A DNA stretch of 64,000 nucleotides from contig NC_043007.1 of the NCBI RefSeq assembly GCF_006345805.1, positions 71,486,001 to 71,550,000 on the forward strand. Reading direction: 5' to 3'. Below are positions 22,216 to 34,251 of the stretch, piece after piece. Source of the DNA: Octopus sinensis. Its lineage: Eukaryota. Both the position numbers and the translations under genes were made by a program. A model generated the notes under the pieces. The model was not told where the DNA came from. It saw only the letters and a program-made list of their open reading frames with translations, and ran no database searches. Numbering within the stretch: the stretch's first letter is position 1; the number at the start of each line of letters is the position of its first letter.

Positions 22216-23364
22216 CAAATTAGCTATGGAAGAAAAAGTTATGGTGTCCTATAATCCTGTAGTTCAATAAGAGATTGATGGCATATGTATCAGATTAAAA
22301 TAAGTAATGGAATTGATATGAATGGCTAAATCTGGGCAAATAGTGCCCCAGCATGGCCAGTTCAATGACGCAAAGCAGTAAAAGTACAAAAGAATAATTT
22401 TCAATGTAACCTTATTGCTGTCATGTTACATAATTGGTTAAATTACAATGGAAAGGAGCAACGTTTTTGCTTTACTTTTGAAACAAGATCTTAATGACTA
22501 CATTGCAGGTAAAGTTACCTAATTACCGTATGTAGCAATTTTCATAATAACTTAACCAGCCATAGCTCAGAATTATCAAGGTAATTACAAGCATTTTTGT
22601 AAATATCAAAAGATTGTCATGAGTTATTTTAGTGGTCCTTTATAATTTATCAATGTATTTCTTTTAATATACTCAAATAAATTGCTAAGTGCACTGAGCT
22701 AATATCACTCAGATTCAACTTTTAATTGAAGCTATTTCATTTAACTTATAACACCAATTCTCATAAAAACACACAAATACATTCTGGACATTAAATGTTT
22801 TAAATATTATATTTACTGATTTCTCTTAGTCAAGTATCAGGTAAATTTAGGATTATAGTTGAAGTGATCTGAATATAATTGAGGACTTAAATTTTAAAAG
22901 ATGGAAAGCAAAGTTTAGATCACTTCTGATTTAATAATATCCCTAACTAGCAGCTCCATTGCATGACTTTTAGAGGGCCCCCTGCAACTTTTTGTTTCAA
23001 GGCCCCATCTCTTCAATCAAAATTCACAATCTACACACCATTTATTCATAGCTATATTTTACTTTGTTCTATCTGAAGTTCAATATTTCACATTATCCTA
23101 AAGAACATCTTTAAAAGTACAAGTTATAATTCATTTAGATCTATAACAAATTTCAGTAAGTAAAACTTCCAGATATGAATAAAAGAGCACTTTTATAATC
23201 CAGGCAACTTTCAAAGACAAACAAGGTGCACTTTTCGCTCCATGAAATCATCAATTAGTTCAGAATAATCAAGCTGAAAGTCTGGTACACGTTTGTGGTA
23301 CAATGTAATACTTTTACAAGAATTTTTGCAGGTACAATGTATTACTATTTTATTTCTTGAAATT

Positions 23365-23516
23365 TTCAGTTTCCGTCTACCAAATCCACTCACAAGGCTT
23401 TGGTCGGCCCAAGGCTATAGTAGAAGACACTTGCCCAAGGTGCCACGCAGTGGGACTGAACCTGGAACCATGTGGTTCATAAGCAAGCTACTTACCACAC
23501 AACCACTCCTACGCCT
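23365..23516 (-). mobile_element. SINE family A, 5' half
   Basis: Reverse-complement match to the head of 16234. Confidence 0.85.
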
Positions 23517-24199
23517 ATATATTCTTCTTTTTAAAGTAGTTGGGTGTTAAGGGATGTTTTGTTATTATCTCTAGCAGGAGAAATGACCACAGAGTGGCTC
23601 TCAAATATAGTCTGTCTTTCTGGAGATACAGAATGATTGCATGTTCATATATAGATAATGATGTCAGTGCATAAATTCCTCACATTAGTGTGATAAGTAA
23701 AGTCAATGACTTGTTTTTCTGCATTCAAAGCTCCTGTTGTTACACAACTATGTAGCATTAAATTTTGCCTACTTTCATTACTGTAAAGATCACCTAAATA
23801 GCATCACTGTCTAAATAAAGCAACCCACTCCACAACATCCTGACAAATTCAAGTCATCTAAATGCTCAGAACTCTGCTAATTCTAAAGTGGGTATTCTTG
23901 GTAGCAAATTTTCTTCAATCCTGACTTAATTCAAACAGCTAGCTAGAGTCTGGAAACCTGAAAAATTAGTGCCCTTCTTAAATCAAGGTAGATTTATAAG
24001 CTGTACTTCTGCAGGTAAAACTATCATATACTCTGCTTGCATTTCTTTAAATTCCACTCTTCAAAAGACAATAAAAATTTTCTAAGCTGTTGACTGATGA
24101 TATAGAGTGAAAGCAGAGGTATCCCATAGTCAACAACTGAACCAGTTGTTAATGTAGTGTTAATGTAACACTGACAGAGGTGTGAAACACTATAGGCAT

Positions 24200-24513
24200 A
24201 ATAATAATAATAATAATATAATAATAATAATAATAATAATAATGAAATTATTGTATACAGTGCTCAGGCGCACCACAACTTGTCAGATAGTGCGTATAAA
24301 GTATATTCAGTTATGTACAAATGTCTGGAAAGCGAATAATGTATGAGTCAGATACATGCTTGTGTGTGTATGGAGGGGAGAAAATCAGGTATAGTGTTGG
24401 CGAATCTCAGAAAGCATGGAAGTTTTGAAGGATGCAGGGCTCCGACAACTAACAACTGATGCCGGCAGTTTGTTCCATACTTCAGCAACTCTCAGCATGA
24501 AAAAATGCTTCCT
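24200..24513 (-). mobile_element. CR1-like LINE 3' end with long (ATT)n tail
   Basis: Matches 11111-11390. Confidence 0.88.
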
Positions 24514-24524
24514 AGCATGTACTT

Positions 24525-24731
24525 ACTTATTTAAGCTTTTAGCTCCCTAAGGAGTATAGGCCATCAACAGCTTTTCTACACAGTTCTTGAGCTGTCTTTC
24601 CTGTTTCTCTCCAGCTGAAACGCTGCTTTTTCCACTGGGCAACTACTTCCACGCCTTCAGCCACCATATCCTGTAAGTTCACTGTCAACAATTCACGTTT
24701 TCTTTTTTTGATAAAATAGTTTTTAATCATT
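24525..24731 (-). mobile_element. RTE LINE extreme 3' coding end
   Basis: ...QRFSWR...AVDGLYSLGS-stop followed by taagtaagta tail; more RTE-like sequence at 25190-25535. Confidence 0.55.
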
Positions 24732-24781
24732 CAATAATAAATCTCAGAGTGAGTTATAAACAGTAGCTACAACACATCATG

Positions 24782-25034
24782 ACGTATATTTGCCATTTAA
24801 ATATGGCTAACCCCTAAGGGTGGATGCTACTGTAGTTTGTAGCCCCAGGAGGCCACCGCCTCCAGCTGGCTATAGACACACTTTCTGTGCCCTATCAGTA
24901 TTTGCAAAGGGAAGTCACTAATACGGCACAGAAAGTGTGTCTATAGCCAGCTGGAGGCGATGGCCTCCTGAGGCTACAAACTACAGTAGCATCCACCCTT
25001 AGGGGTTAGTCATATTTCAATGGCAAATATACGT
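24782..25034. repeat. Fold-back (110-bp inverted arms, 33-bp loop) inside a 13-bp direct-repeat-flanked insertion
   Basis: Arms 24782-24891 and 24925-25034; gtttttaatcatt at 24719-24731 and 25033-25045. Confidence 0.92.
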
Positions 25035-25620
25035 TTTTAATCATTATTGGTGAGATACTATGGATATATTTTCTCAGTAAACTTTCCTTGTGGTGAAATT
25101 TCCTCATGGTGAAGTTTCTTCACAGTGAATTGATGGCAGTGAATTTTTCTTCAGTGAATTGATGATGGTGAACTTCCCTGTAATCTTCTACCACAGCTCT
25201 TCTCCTGATGGCCAGGAGGAGAGTCGACCTAGCAGCTTCATTTTGAATTCTGCTGTACTGCATCATATTTTCCTGTGAGACGGCCTTCCTCTCCCAAGCT
25301 TTGTAGGTTTTCAGTTGTCATCAATGTTTCTGTAATTTTGCTTTTTTTCTAGATAGCAGTGTTGGTCCTATGAAAAAAAAAATTTATTTCTGAGAAGAGA
25401 TGGTCCATATTAGTCTGGCTTCTATCCTTTGACTTGTCTAGCATGAGATGCCCTACAAAGAGCTTAAGCTCCACTGATATAGTTCTCTCTCAGGGTCATT
25501 AAGGCATACAAGCCACAACACCGCCACAACGAGTGACCCTTGTGGTGGTATATGACATATAAACAGGAGCCAAAACTTTGGAACAGCTTTGGCATTGTGC
25601 ATCAAAAAGAAGGAAAGAAG

Positions 25621-25858
25621 GACCTATTTCTTTACTACCCACAAGGGGCTAAACTCAGAGGGGACAAACAAGGACAGACAAACGGATCAAGTCGGTTACA
25701 TCGACCCCAGTGCGTAACTGATACTTAATTTATCGACCCTGAAAGGATGAAAGGCAAAGTCGACCTTGGCGGAATTTGAACTCAGAACGTAATGGCAGAC
25801 GAAATACGGCTATGCTTTTCACCCGGCATGCTAACGTTTCTGCCAGCTCGCCACCTTG
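25621..25858 (-). mobile_element. SINE family B
   Basis: Reverse complement of the 6943 type, full length. Confidence 0.9.
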
Positions 25859-26408
25859 ACCAAAGGCTATGAATGGTTGTGAGAAAATATGACAAATACC
25901 TCTTGCTGCCATCTTATATGATGTAAGATGACCAATGTCATCATACATGACATCACCCCATGCAAATATCCAGTATATATGGATGATCCTAAAAGAACAC
26001 AATAAAATCCTCAATACTGAAATGGTCATACTCCAAAATTGGTCAGAGACTCTGCTTTAGCTGCAATTATGGTTCACCTCTGAAGATCTTTTGACAATCT
26101 GTGGTCGTATTCACCTGGTGAATGGAAATCAGATGAAAGTTGAGTGGGAGGTAGAAAGTCCAGTGTCGAATCAAGGAGTACACTGAACATCAGAACTCTA
26201 GTACCACCATCAGAAGAGATATTGGAAGAAAACACCTTCCCCCATGGTAAAAAACATCACAAGAACAGAAGCTGTGATGTCCTCAAAAATGACTGCTTCA
26301 AGTTGAAAAGCAGAAGCTTTTGTGGGGTAACAGAGAAACCATCAACCAGCAACACACACACACACACGCATGCATGCATGCATGCATACATACATACATA
26401 CATACATA

Positions 26409-27120
26409 AAGAAAATACCTATGCTGAACTATTGAGAAATTTGCAGTTATTCTATCCAGATTACAAGTTCAGCTTTATACCTGGAATTATTTGGGCACTG
26501 GAATATATACCACACTGCCTAAATACCTATCTTGGGAAATTAGGCTTCTCAAAACCAGAAAGTAGAAAACTGATTTGATGACTACATATCCAATCCATCA
26601 CTGGAACTGTACAAATCTATAAAACTTTCCAGAGGTTTACTTCAGGAAACATTTTTTCACGCTGAGAGTTGCTGAAGCGTGGAACAAACTGCCAGCATCA
26701 GTTGTTAGTTGTCGGAGCACTGCATCCTTCAAAACTTCCATGCTTTCTGAGATTCGCCAACACTACACCTGATTTTCTCCCCTCCATACACACACAAGCA
26801 TATATCTGACTCATATATTGTTCGCTCTCCAGACATTTTTACATTACTGCATGTACTTTATATGCACTTTCTGACAAGTTGTGGTGCACCTGAGCACTGT
26901 ATACAATAATTTCATTATTATTATTATTTATATCTAGATATGTAACTATATGTATGAGAATACATACATAAAACAAAAGATACAAATCTGCACATATACA
27001 TACATAGAAAAATACCCTGTTGATGTTGTTGAAATTCTAATGAACGAAGCTTGGATCTAGGTTAGAAACCAACTCTTTCTCTATTGGCAAGAAATCTTGA
27101 AATAAAACTGAATAATGACT
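26409..27120 (+). mobile_element. R4/Dong-like LINE 3' fragment between (CATA)n arrays, interrupted by a CR1 tail
   Basis: KENTYAELLRNLQLFYPDYKF...LGKLGFSKPESRKLI matches 20678-20968 ORF. Confidence 0.8.
26641..26927 (+). mobile_element. CR1-like LINE 3' end
   Basis: Matches 24200-24513 in opposite orientation. Confidence 0.88.
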
Positions 27121-27249
27121 GACAGACTGACACATACATACATACATACACACACACATACATACATACATACATACACACACACACATACATACATACA
27201 TACATACATACAGACAGACATACAACACCATATAACAACAACTGCAAAA

Positions 27250-27456
27250 CCCCTGTTGTTTACAACTTCTTCCCAATGTTCAACAAGATTTTCAATACCT
27301 CATTGGTAGAAATCACCCGATTTCAACTCGAAAAATTGATCCAACCAAGCTCTCAATTCTGCATCAGTATTGAATGAAACTCCACGTATACCGTTTGAAA
27401 GAAATCGAAAGAGGTGGAAATCTGTTGGTGCCAAATCAGGAGCGTATGGCGGTGTG
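27250..27456 (-). mobile_element. Mariner transposase C-terminal fragment
   Basis: PPYAPDLAPTDFHLFRFLSN...AWLDQFFELKSGDFYQ*GIENLVEHWEEVVNNRG. Confidence 0.85.
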
Positions 27457-27482
27457 ACTTTGTTTGAAGAACACCCACCCCT

Positions 27483-27840
27483 TTTCCGTGACTACATGTT
27501 GACTTGTCAATTGTCAGTTGAGAAGAGAAAGCTAATGGGTTGCACGTGTGTGCTTGTTCCTGTGTGTGTGCGTACTTGTTCTTGTTTTTGCGTGTGTGTG
27601 TGTGCGTACTTGTTCTTGTTTGTGCGTGTGTGTGTGTGGTGTGTGTGTGTGTGTGTGCGTACTTGTTCTTATTTGTGTGTGTGTGTGCATGTTTGTTCCT
27701 CTGTGTTATTTCTACATTCCACAACATATAAATACAAAACAGAACGGACACACAAATACTCAGAAGAACAAGCACGCGCGTACACACACACACACACGCA
27801 CAAATAAGAACAAGCACGCACGCACACGCACACACACACA

Positions 27841-27873
<33 letters not shown>

Positions 27874-27949
27874 AACAAGCATGCACGCACAACCCATTAG
27901 CTTTCTCTTCCCAACTGACAATTGACAAGACAACATGTGGTCACAGAAA
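27483..27949. repeat. Fold-back element whose arms contain a (GT)n-tacttgttctt minisatellite
   Basis: tttccgtgactacatgttgacttgtcaattgtcagttgagaagagaaagctaatgggttg at left is the reverse complement of 27890-27949; ~55-bp spacer. Confidence 0.85.
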
Positions 27950-27989
27950 TGACCGAATTCAATGTTTACGTTATTTCCAGTTAAAACGA

Positions 27990-28517
27990 AAGAAAATTTT
28001 TGGAGAGGGAACCAGTCGTTTAGATCGACTCCAGTACGCAACTGGTGCTTAATTTGGATCTTTTTGGTTTGAACGGCAGTTTTTAACATAATTTCTAGGT
28101 AACTAAAAAATTTTAAACTTCGTATACTGGTAGAATGTGTTTATAAAACATTTTTTTCTCTTGGCTTTATTGAGAAAATTCTATGGTTTGTAAGATATTT
28201 GTTGTTTTATTTTTCTTCAATTTCTCCAATTTCAACCAATCAATGACGTCTATTGAGGTAAAAAAAAACATTCTTTGCCGTATGAATATGTCCCTCGTTT
28301 AAGAAACAGATTGGGTTTATTTACATTTCTGAAGAAAAAAAGATACCCTTCCCCCCACCCCTAACCCTAAAACAGATTGAAATGCAATAGATCGATACTA
28401 GGGTCATAATTATGGGTGACAATTACATATGACACCGCTAGAAAAAACTGCCGTTCAAACCGAAAAGATCCCTTAATTTATCAACCCCGAAAGGATGAAA
28501 GGTAAAGTCAACTTCGG
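27990..28517 (-). mobile_element. SINE family B fragment split by a MITE
   Basis: gatcgactccagtacgcaactggtgcttaattt | MITE | cttaatttatcaaccccgaaaggatgaaagg. Confidence 0.75.
28056..28471. mobile_element. GGATC-TIR MITE, 8-bp TSD CTTAATTT
   Basis: TIR GGATCTTTT(C/T)GGTTTGAACGGCAGTTTT; perfect TSD at 28048-28055 and 28472-28479. Confidence 0.93.
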
Positions 28518-28519
28518 TA

Positions 28520-29040
28520 CTACTAGCGAACAGTGGTCCCGGTGGCGCACACGCGCAGTAACGCATCCGCGCTAGCTAGTCGTAAGTAGTCGATCCTACA
28601 ACGACTTGCGCGTATGCAAATGAATAGATTCGCGCATGCGCGATACACAAATTATATAATATTTTTTTTATACAAATTAAATAATACTATTCGAACAAAG
28701 TAAATAAAAAGCAGATAGCAAACAAAAAATTGAATATCTCAGTTCTTGCAACAAAACAATAAAATAAAATGTTGAAGTTCATCGGGGAGTAACATGTGCG
28801 ATTGCGCATGCGCGAATCTATTCATTTGCATACACAAAGTCGTAGAATCGACTACTTACGACTAGCTAGCTAGGATGCGCGACTGCGCGTGTGCGCGCTA
28901 CGGGACCACTGTTCGCTAGTAGCGCCTACATACGTACATCTTTTGCGCATGCGCGAGTTATCTTAATGCGCTTATGCTTGATGTAGTAGGATCGACTAGT
29001 CACGACTAGCTAGCGCGGATGCGCGAGTGCGCGCACCGGG
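28520..29040. mobile_element. CpG-rich fold-back element (~125-bp TIRs, 28520-28922) plus a third partial arm to ~29040
   Basis: ctactagcgaacagtggtccc...gcgcatgcgc / gcgcatgcgc...gggaccactgttcgctagtag with AT-rich 150-bp core. Confidence 0.8.
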
Positions 29041-29559
29041 AACACTCTGATTGAATAGTACTCGGAATTGTTTATCGTAGCTTCAAAGAAAACTTTCCAA
29101 AACATGAGCGACATTCAGGTTAGAACTATTCTTTCATCGCTTTTCTTGTAGATTAAAAAAAACATGTGCTATTTTTTTTATAAACACGTCGTATTTAATT
29201 GGAAATTAAATACAAATTCAGGTGATACGCACATTTATAGTAGTGGAATGTCGAGAATGACACCGAAAATTTTATCTTTGATGTCACCGGCAGTGACAAA
29301 ATGAAAATGAGGAAACCCTTCTGCGAGGCTAATGTCAGCCACTGCAAAGCATAGTCATGTTCTGTTGATTTTACCCGAAGATCTATGCACCTCTCCTTCT
29401 CGGCATGCCAACGTTACAATGACGTGGCACGGCGAACAATGCTTTACTATCACCACACACCCTTCCGTTTTTTTTATACTTAGAAACTCACGTTTTCGGC
29501 TACGGAGATTCTAAATCTGTAAAAGTAATTGGCATTTCATAATTTCAGTTTCTTACTTC

Positions 29560-29966
29560 GGATCTTTTCGGTTTGACCGGCAGTTTTTTAAAATAATTTC
29601 CACGTAACTAAACACTTTTAAATTTCTTATACTGGTAGAATGTGTTTATAAAACATCTTTTTCCCTTGGCTTTATTGAGAAAATTCTATGGTTTGTAAGA
29701 TATTTGTTATTTTTTTCTTCAATTTCTGCAATTTCAACCAATCAATGACGTCTATTGAGGTGAAAACATTCTATGCCGTATGAATAAGTCCCTCGTTTAA
29801 GAAACTGATTGGGTTTATTTACATTTCGGAAGAAAAAAAGATACCTTCCTCCCACCCTAACCCTAAAACAGATTGAAATCCAATAGATCGATACTAGGGT
29901 CATAATTATGGGTGACAATTTCATATGACACTGCTAGAAAAACTGCCGTTCAAACCGAAAAGATCC
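29560..29966. mobile_element. GGATC-TIR MITE
   Basis: Same family; TSD cttacttc / tttatttc (6 of 8). Confidence 0.9.
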
Positions 29967-30797
29967 TTTATTTCAGTTCCACCCCCATTTTATTTTTTCC
30001 TTTTGCCAAAATATATAAAAATTAAAATTTCACCCCCACCTTACTTCAACACACTTTTTACAGTAATGTTCAAATGCTGTCACTTCTTACAATAATGTTC
30101 AGGTGCTGTATAAATTGTAATTAATCAAGGTTTACACACAGGTTGATCAAGTTAGACAAGTTGTAACATTTTTGTAAGTGTGGTAAGGGGTGGGCGTAAA
30201 TTCTGATAGCGAAAACATAGTAATCCCAAAAAATTTCTACGTATTTTGCTCCTTAAAATTCTGGAAAACGTGAAACATGAAGAAATTGGGGTCAATATAA
30301 AAATCCTCACCCGGGAACAAAAACAAAAATTAACCGGCTTGGTATGTGTTAACAACTATGTGGAAAAGGAATATGGAAAAAAAAAAAAAAAGGAAACACT
30401 TCCGCCCCCACCCCAATTTCTCCCAAATTTGTTTATTTAAAAATATTTTTTTTGCCAAAAATCCCCGTTTTCGGATACGGAGGTTCCGGAAAATTGCCCA
30501 AAATCGGCATTAGGATGAAAATGCGCGCTGTCGACCCTGGGAGGTACGGAGGGACTTTCGGAAAATTCACAAGATCCAATTTTTCAGTCGTAACTTCCGG
30601 TAAAATGAATATATATTTATCTTTTTTACGGAATCCCATGTTTTTGGTTATGGAGGATCCGATTCTGGAAAAAAATTTTTTTTTAATTTCAGTTAACCCC
30701 TCATCCTCACCCCCTCATTTTTCACTTTTTCCAGAGGGGACGGGCGGAAGTTTGGGAGAAAATGGGGGGGCGGAAATCTTTCCAATTTCAATTTTTG

Positions 30798-30841
<44 letters not shown>

Positions 30842-30844
<3 letters not shown>

Positions 30845-31182
30845 AGTAGGAATGGCTGTGTGGTAAGTAGCTTGCTTACGAACCACATAGCCTCAGACCG
30901 ACCAAAGCCTTGTGAGTGGATTTGGTAGATGGAAACTGAAAGAAGCCCGTCTTATATATGTATGTGTGTGTACATGCTTGTGTGTCTGTGTTTGTCCCTC
31001 CCAACATTGCTTGACAACCGATGCTGGTGTGTTTACGTCCTCGTAACTAAGCGGTTTGGTAAAAGAGGCCGATAGAATAAGTACTAGGCTTACAAAGAAT
31101 AAGTCCTGGCGTCGATTTGCTCGACTAAAGATGGTGCTCCAGCATGGCTACAGTCAAATGACTGAAATAAGTAAAAGAGTAT
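30842..31182 (+). mobile_element. SINE family A with internal deletion in the head
   Basis: Matches 16234 copy except missing ggttc...actatagc segment. Confidence 0.85.
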
Positions 31183-32249
31183 ATAACCTCAGGCCTTCAA
31201 GCAGGCTATCCACATGCTAGAAATAACAGCCAAATCTCACAAAACTGCGATAACATAATGCAATCAATCTACTCACCTTTCTGCAAAGATTTCTTTAAGA
31301 GTAATTTCCCACAGTAATATGACATAAATTGAAGTGGTCTTTTTTTTTGTTTCTTCAAACTTTTTAAAACTTTGTTGAAAACATTTTTGCGAATTTTTTT
31401 TCTTTCAATCTGCGTGGGAAAATACGGAGATTAAGAAAATGGAAAAAATAAACACGAATTTCAAATTTTTAATGAAAATCTCCGAACCCAAATCCCCCAG
31501 TCACCCCGCTGTCTAAATATGAAAATGAATGGTTGTTTTGTCTATTTGTATGAGTTCTAGTAAAAGGCCTGAGGGCATATATACAAAAAAATAGTGGATG
31601 TGGTTACGGTCTGCCTTGTCCGCCAAATTTTATATGGAGAGAGAGTGAGTGCCACTTACACATACATGCAAAAAAAAAATACATACATGACAACGTACAC
31701 CTTCACTCTCTCTCACTCTCTCTCTCTGCCGTGTGTGTGTGAGAAAGAGTGAAGGTGCATGTTCTCATGCATGTCTCAGTGGCACTCGCTCTCTCTCTCT
31801 CTCTCTCACACGTATTTTTTTGCATTTACGTCTAAGTGGCACTTTTTTATGCGCGCACACATACATACAAAAAATGTATGCATCACTCTCTCTCACACAT
31901 ACACACACGTCCATTTCATATACATTTGCATGCATCTTTCACTTTCCACTCTCCTTCACTTTCTGCTCTCACTTCAAAGCAAATGTCACCTTCCACAACT
32001 CATGAAAACAAAAGTAAATAAATCAAAAAATTTTATGGAAATTAACGAATAACCAGCTGGGATCGAATGACATTTGGTGCTAGTCAAAATGAAACATCGC
32101 CAGGGTGGTGGGGATGATGAAGTTTGATGTCTTGAAGTCAGGAACACAAAGTCACATTTTATTTAAATGTTATAAACAAAGTTGATAAAATATATGACGG
32201 CTGGTGAGAATGGACTGGACCACTACATATAAATAGTAGCGGTCTAAGT

Positions 32250-33320
32250 AAGTGAGGCAGTTGACCGGCCTACCGCATCTCTCGGGGAGGGAGGCAGAGT
32301 GCTGTGAAGGGCCAATCACAGCTGCAGGAGTGGAGGAGGCATTGTCGGAGTGTAGTGGTGACAGGTCACCCGGTCGCGATGGTCTCCCCTATGAATTGTA
32401 TTATACTATGGCAGACTTGTTTGGGCACCTGCTGGCCTGTGTCTTCAATAACTGGCAGCAGAACGGGAGTATTCCTGTGTCTCTGAGCCAGGGAGTGGTG
32501 ATACTGATCAGGAAGGACCCAAACAAGGAGGAGATAATTGACAACTTTAGGCTCATCACCCAGCTTAACGCAGAGTTGAAGATTCTGGCCAAGGTATTAG
32601 CTAAATGGCTGGATAAAGTCATAGATGGTATTGTTGGGGAGGCACAAACCTGCACCATCCCCGGCAGGACTATACACGATAATATCCACCTTATACACTT
32701 ATACATTATAGAAAGGGTAAATAGGATTCCTGGCAAGGGTGTTGCATTGGTCCGTTTAGACCAATCGAGGACCTTTGATAGGTTGGATCATTGGTATCTG
32801 GCGGCGGCCTTCCATGGCTGGAGCAACACTTTATATAGCAATGTCAAGTCGGTAATTCGGGTGAACGGTTTCTTTTCAGAGCCATTCAATATCTATTTCT
32901 TTACTGCCCACAAGGGGCTAAACACAGAGAGGACAAACAAGAACAGACAAACGGATTAAGTCGATTATATCGACTCCAGTGCGTAACTGATACTTATTTA
33001 ATCGACCCCGAAAGGATGAAAGGTAAAGTCGACCTCGGCGGAATTTGAACTCAGAACGTAACGGCTGACGAAATACCGCTAAGCATTTCGCCCGACGTGC
33101 TAACGATTCTGCCAGCTCGCCACCTTCAATATTGAACGCTTGGTTCGTCAGAGTTGTCCACTTTCGCCTCTGCTGTATGTCTCGAGCCACTATTGTGGAC
33201 ACTGTCACTGTCATCGTATCCAGGGACCAGGATCGACAGAGGGGAGGTGAGGCCCTAAAAGATTACGAAGCAGTGGCAGGAACAAGAATTAACCGATATA
33301 AGTCGCTCAGCACCTGAAGA
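32250..33320 (+). mobile_element. L1/Tx1-clade LINE RT fragment, interrupted by SINE B (32890-33125)
   Basis: GPIT...SPGRDGLPYELY...GVVILIRK...NFRLITQLNAELKILAKVLA...GRTIHDNIHLI...LDQSRTFDRLDH; resumes after the SINE with QSCPLSPLLY; ttcaatat flanks the SINE on both sides. Confidence 0.88.
32890..33125 (-). mobile_element. SINE family B
   Basis: Full-length reverse copy. Confidence 0.9.
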
Positions 33321-33344
33321 GGGAATTCGATGCCATCTAATAGT

Positions 33345-33720
33345 GTCGTCAGACGCTGGACAGACAATCCGGTGAAAATGCTGAAACACTTCTTGCCGTT
33401 CGTTATCCAGGAATATACCTTACCCGGAACTACAATCATTTCAGATCTTTGGCGTGCATATCATACAATAAATCAACTTGATTATGTACATTTAAGGATC
33501 AATCATTCTATTAATTTTATTGATCCTGTGGCATTTGCTACAACTAATCACATTGAATGTTTGTGGAAGCATGCAAACAACAGAAACAAAAGAGAAAATG
33601 GAATCAGTTCAAAGTTTATTGGATTCACACCTCATTGAATTTATGTGGCACTATGAATTCAAAGATGAAGCATTCCAAAAATTGTTGGAGCATATTCGTT
33701 GCGAATATCCTTGCAATTGA
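33345..33720 (+). mobile_element. Merlin (IS1016/ISXO2-like) DDE transposase C-terminal fragment
   Basis: LPGTTIISDLWRAY...HLRINHSINFIDP...TNHIECLWKHAN...LDSHLIEFMW motifs. Confidence 0.85.
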
Positions 33721-33820
33721 AACAATTTACAAATTACTGTTTTGAATGTTGTTTTATGAAAAGATTAAAAATGTGCATCAAGTTGTCTATTCATAACATA
33801 CAATAATATATACTCGAGTC

Positions 33821-34251
33821 AGATCTTTTCGGTTTGACCGGCAATTTTTTAAAATAATTTCCATGTAACTAAACACTTTTAAACTTCATATACTGGTAGA
33901 ATGTGTTTATAAAACATCTTTTTCTCTTGGCTTTATTGAGAAAATTCTATAGTTTGTAAGATATTAGTTGTTGTTTTTTCTTCAATTTCTGCAATTTCAA
34001 CCAATCAATGAGGTCTATTGAGGTAAAAAAAAACATTCTGTGCCATATGAATATGTCCCTCGTTTAAGAAACAGATTGGGTTTATTTACATTTCTGAAGA
34101 AAAAAAGATACCCTTCCCTCCACCCCTAACCCTAACCAACCCTAACCCTAAAACAGATTGAAATGCAATAGATCGATACTAGGGTCATAATTATGGGTGA
34201 CAATTTCATATGACACCGCTAGAAAAACTGCCGTTCAAACTGAAAAGATCC
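33821..34251. mobile_element. GGATC-TIR MITE, 8-bp TSD CTCGAGTC
   Basis: Perfect TSD at 33813-33820 and 34252-34259. Confidence 0.93.

Noticed and set aside
22448-22508. Possible plus-strand exon MERSNVFALLLKQDLNDYIA with CAG|GTAAAG donor
   Set aside because: No recognisable homology and no partner exon found.
23211-24195. Possible terminal exons on the minus strand (ORF 23211-23393; acceptor at ~23957)
   Set aside because: No homology; the 23.6-24.2-kb part has stops in all frames and looks like an old LINE remnant.
27540-27880. CRISPR-like repeat array (also the triple repeat at 62877)
   Set aside because: Units are separated by simple (GT)n tracts, not unique spacers; eukaryotic context, no cas genes.
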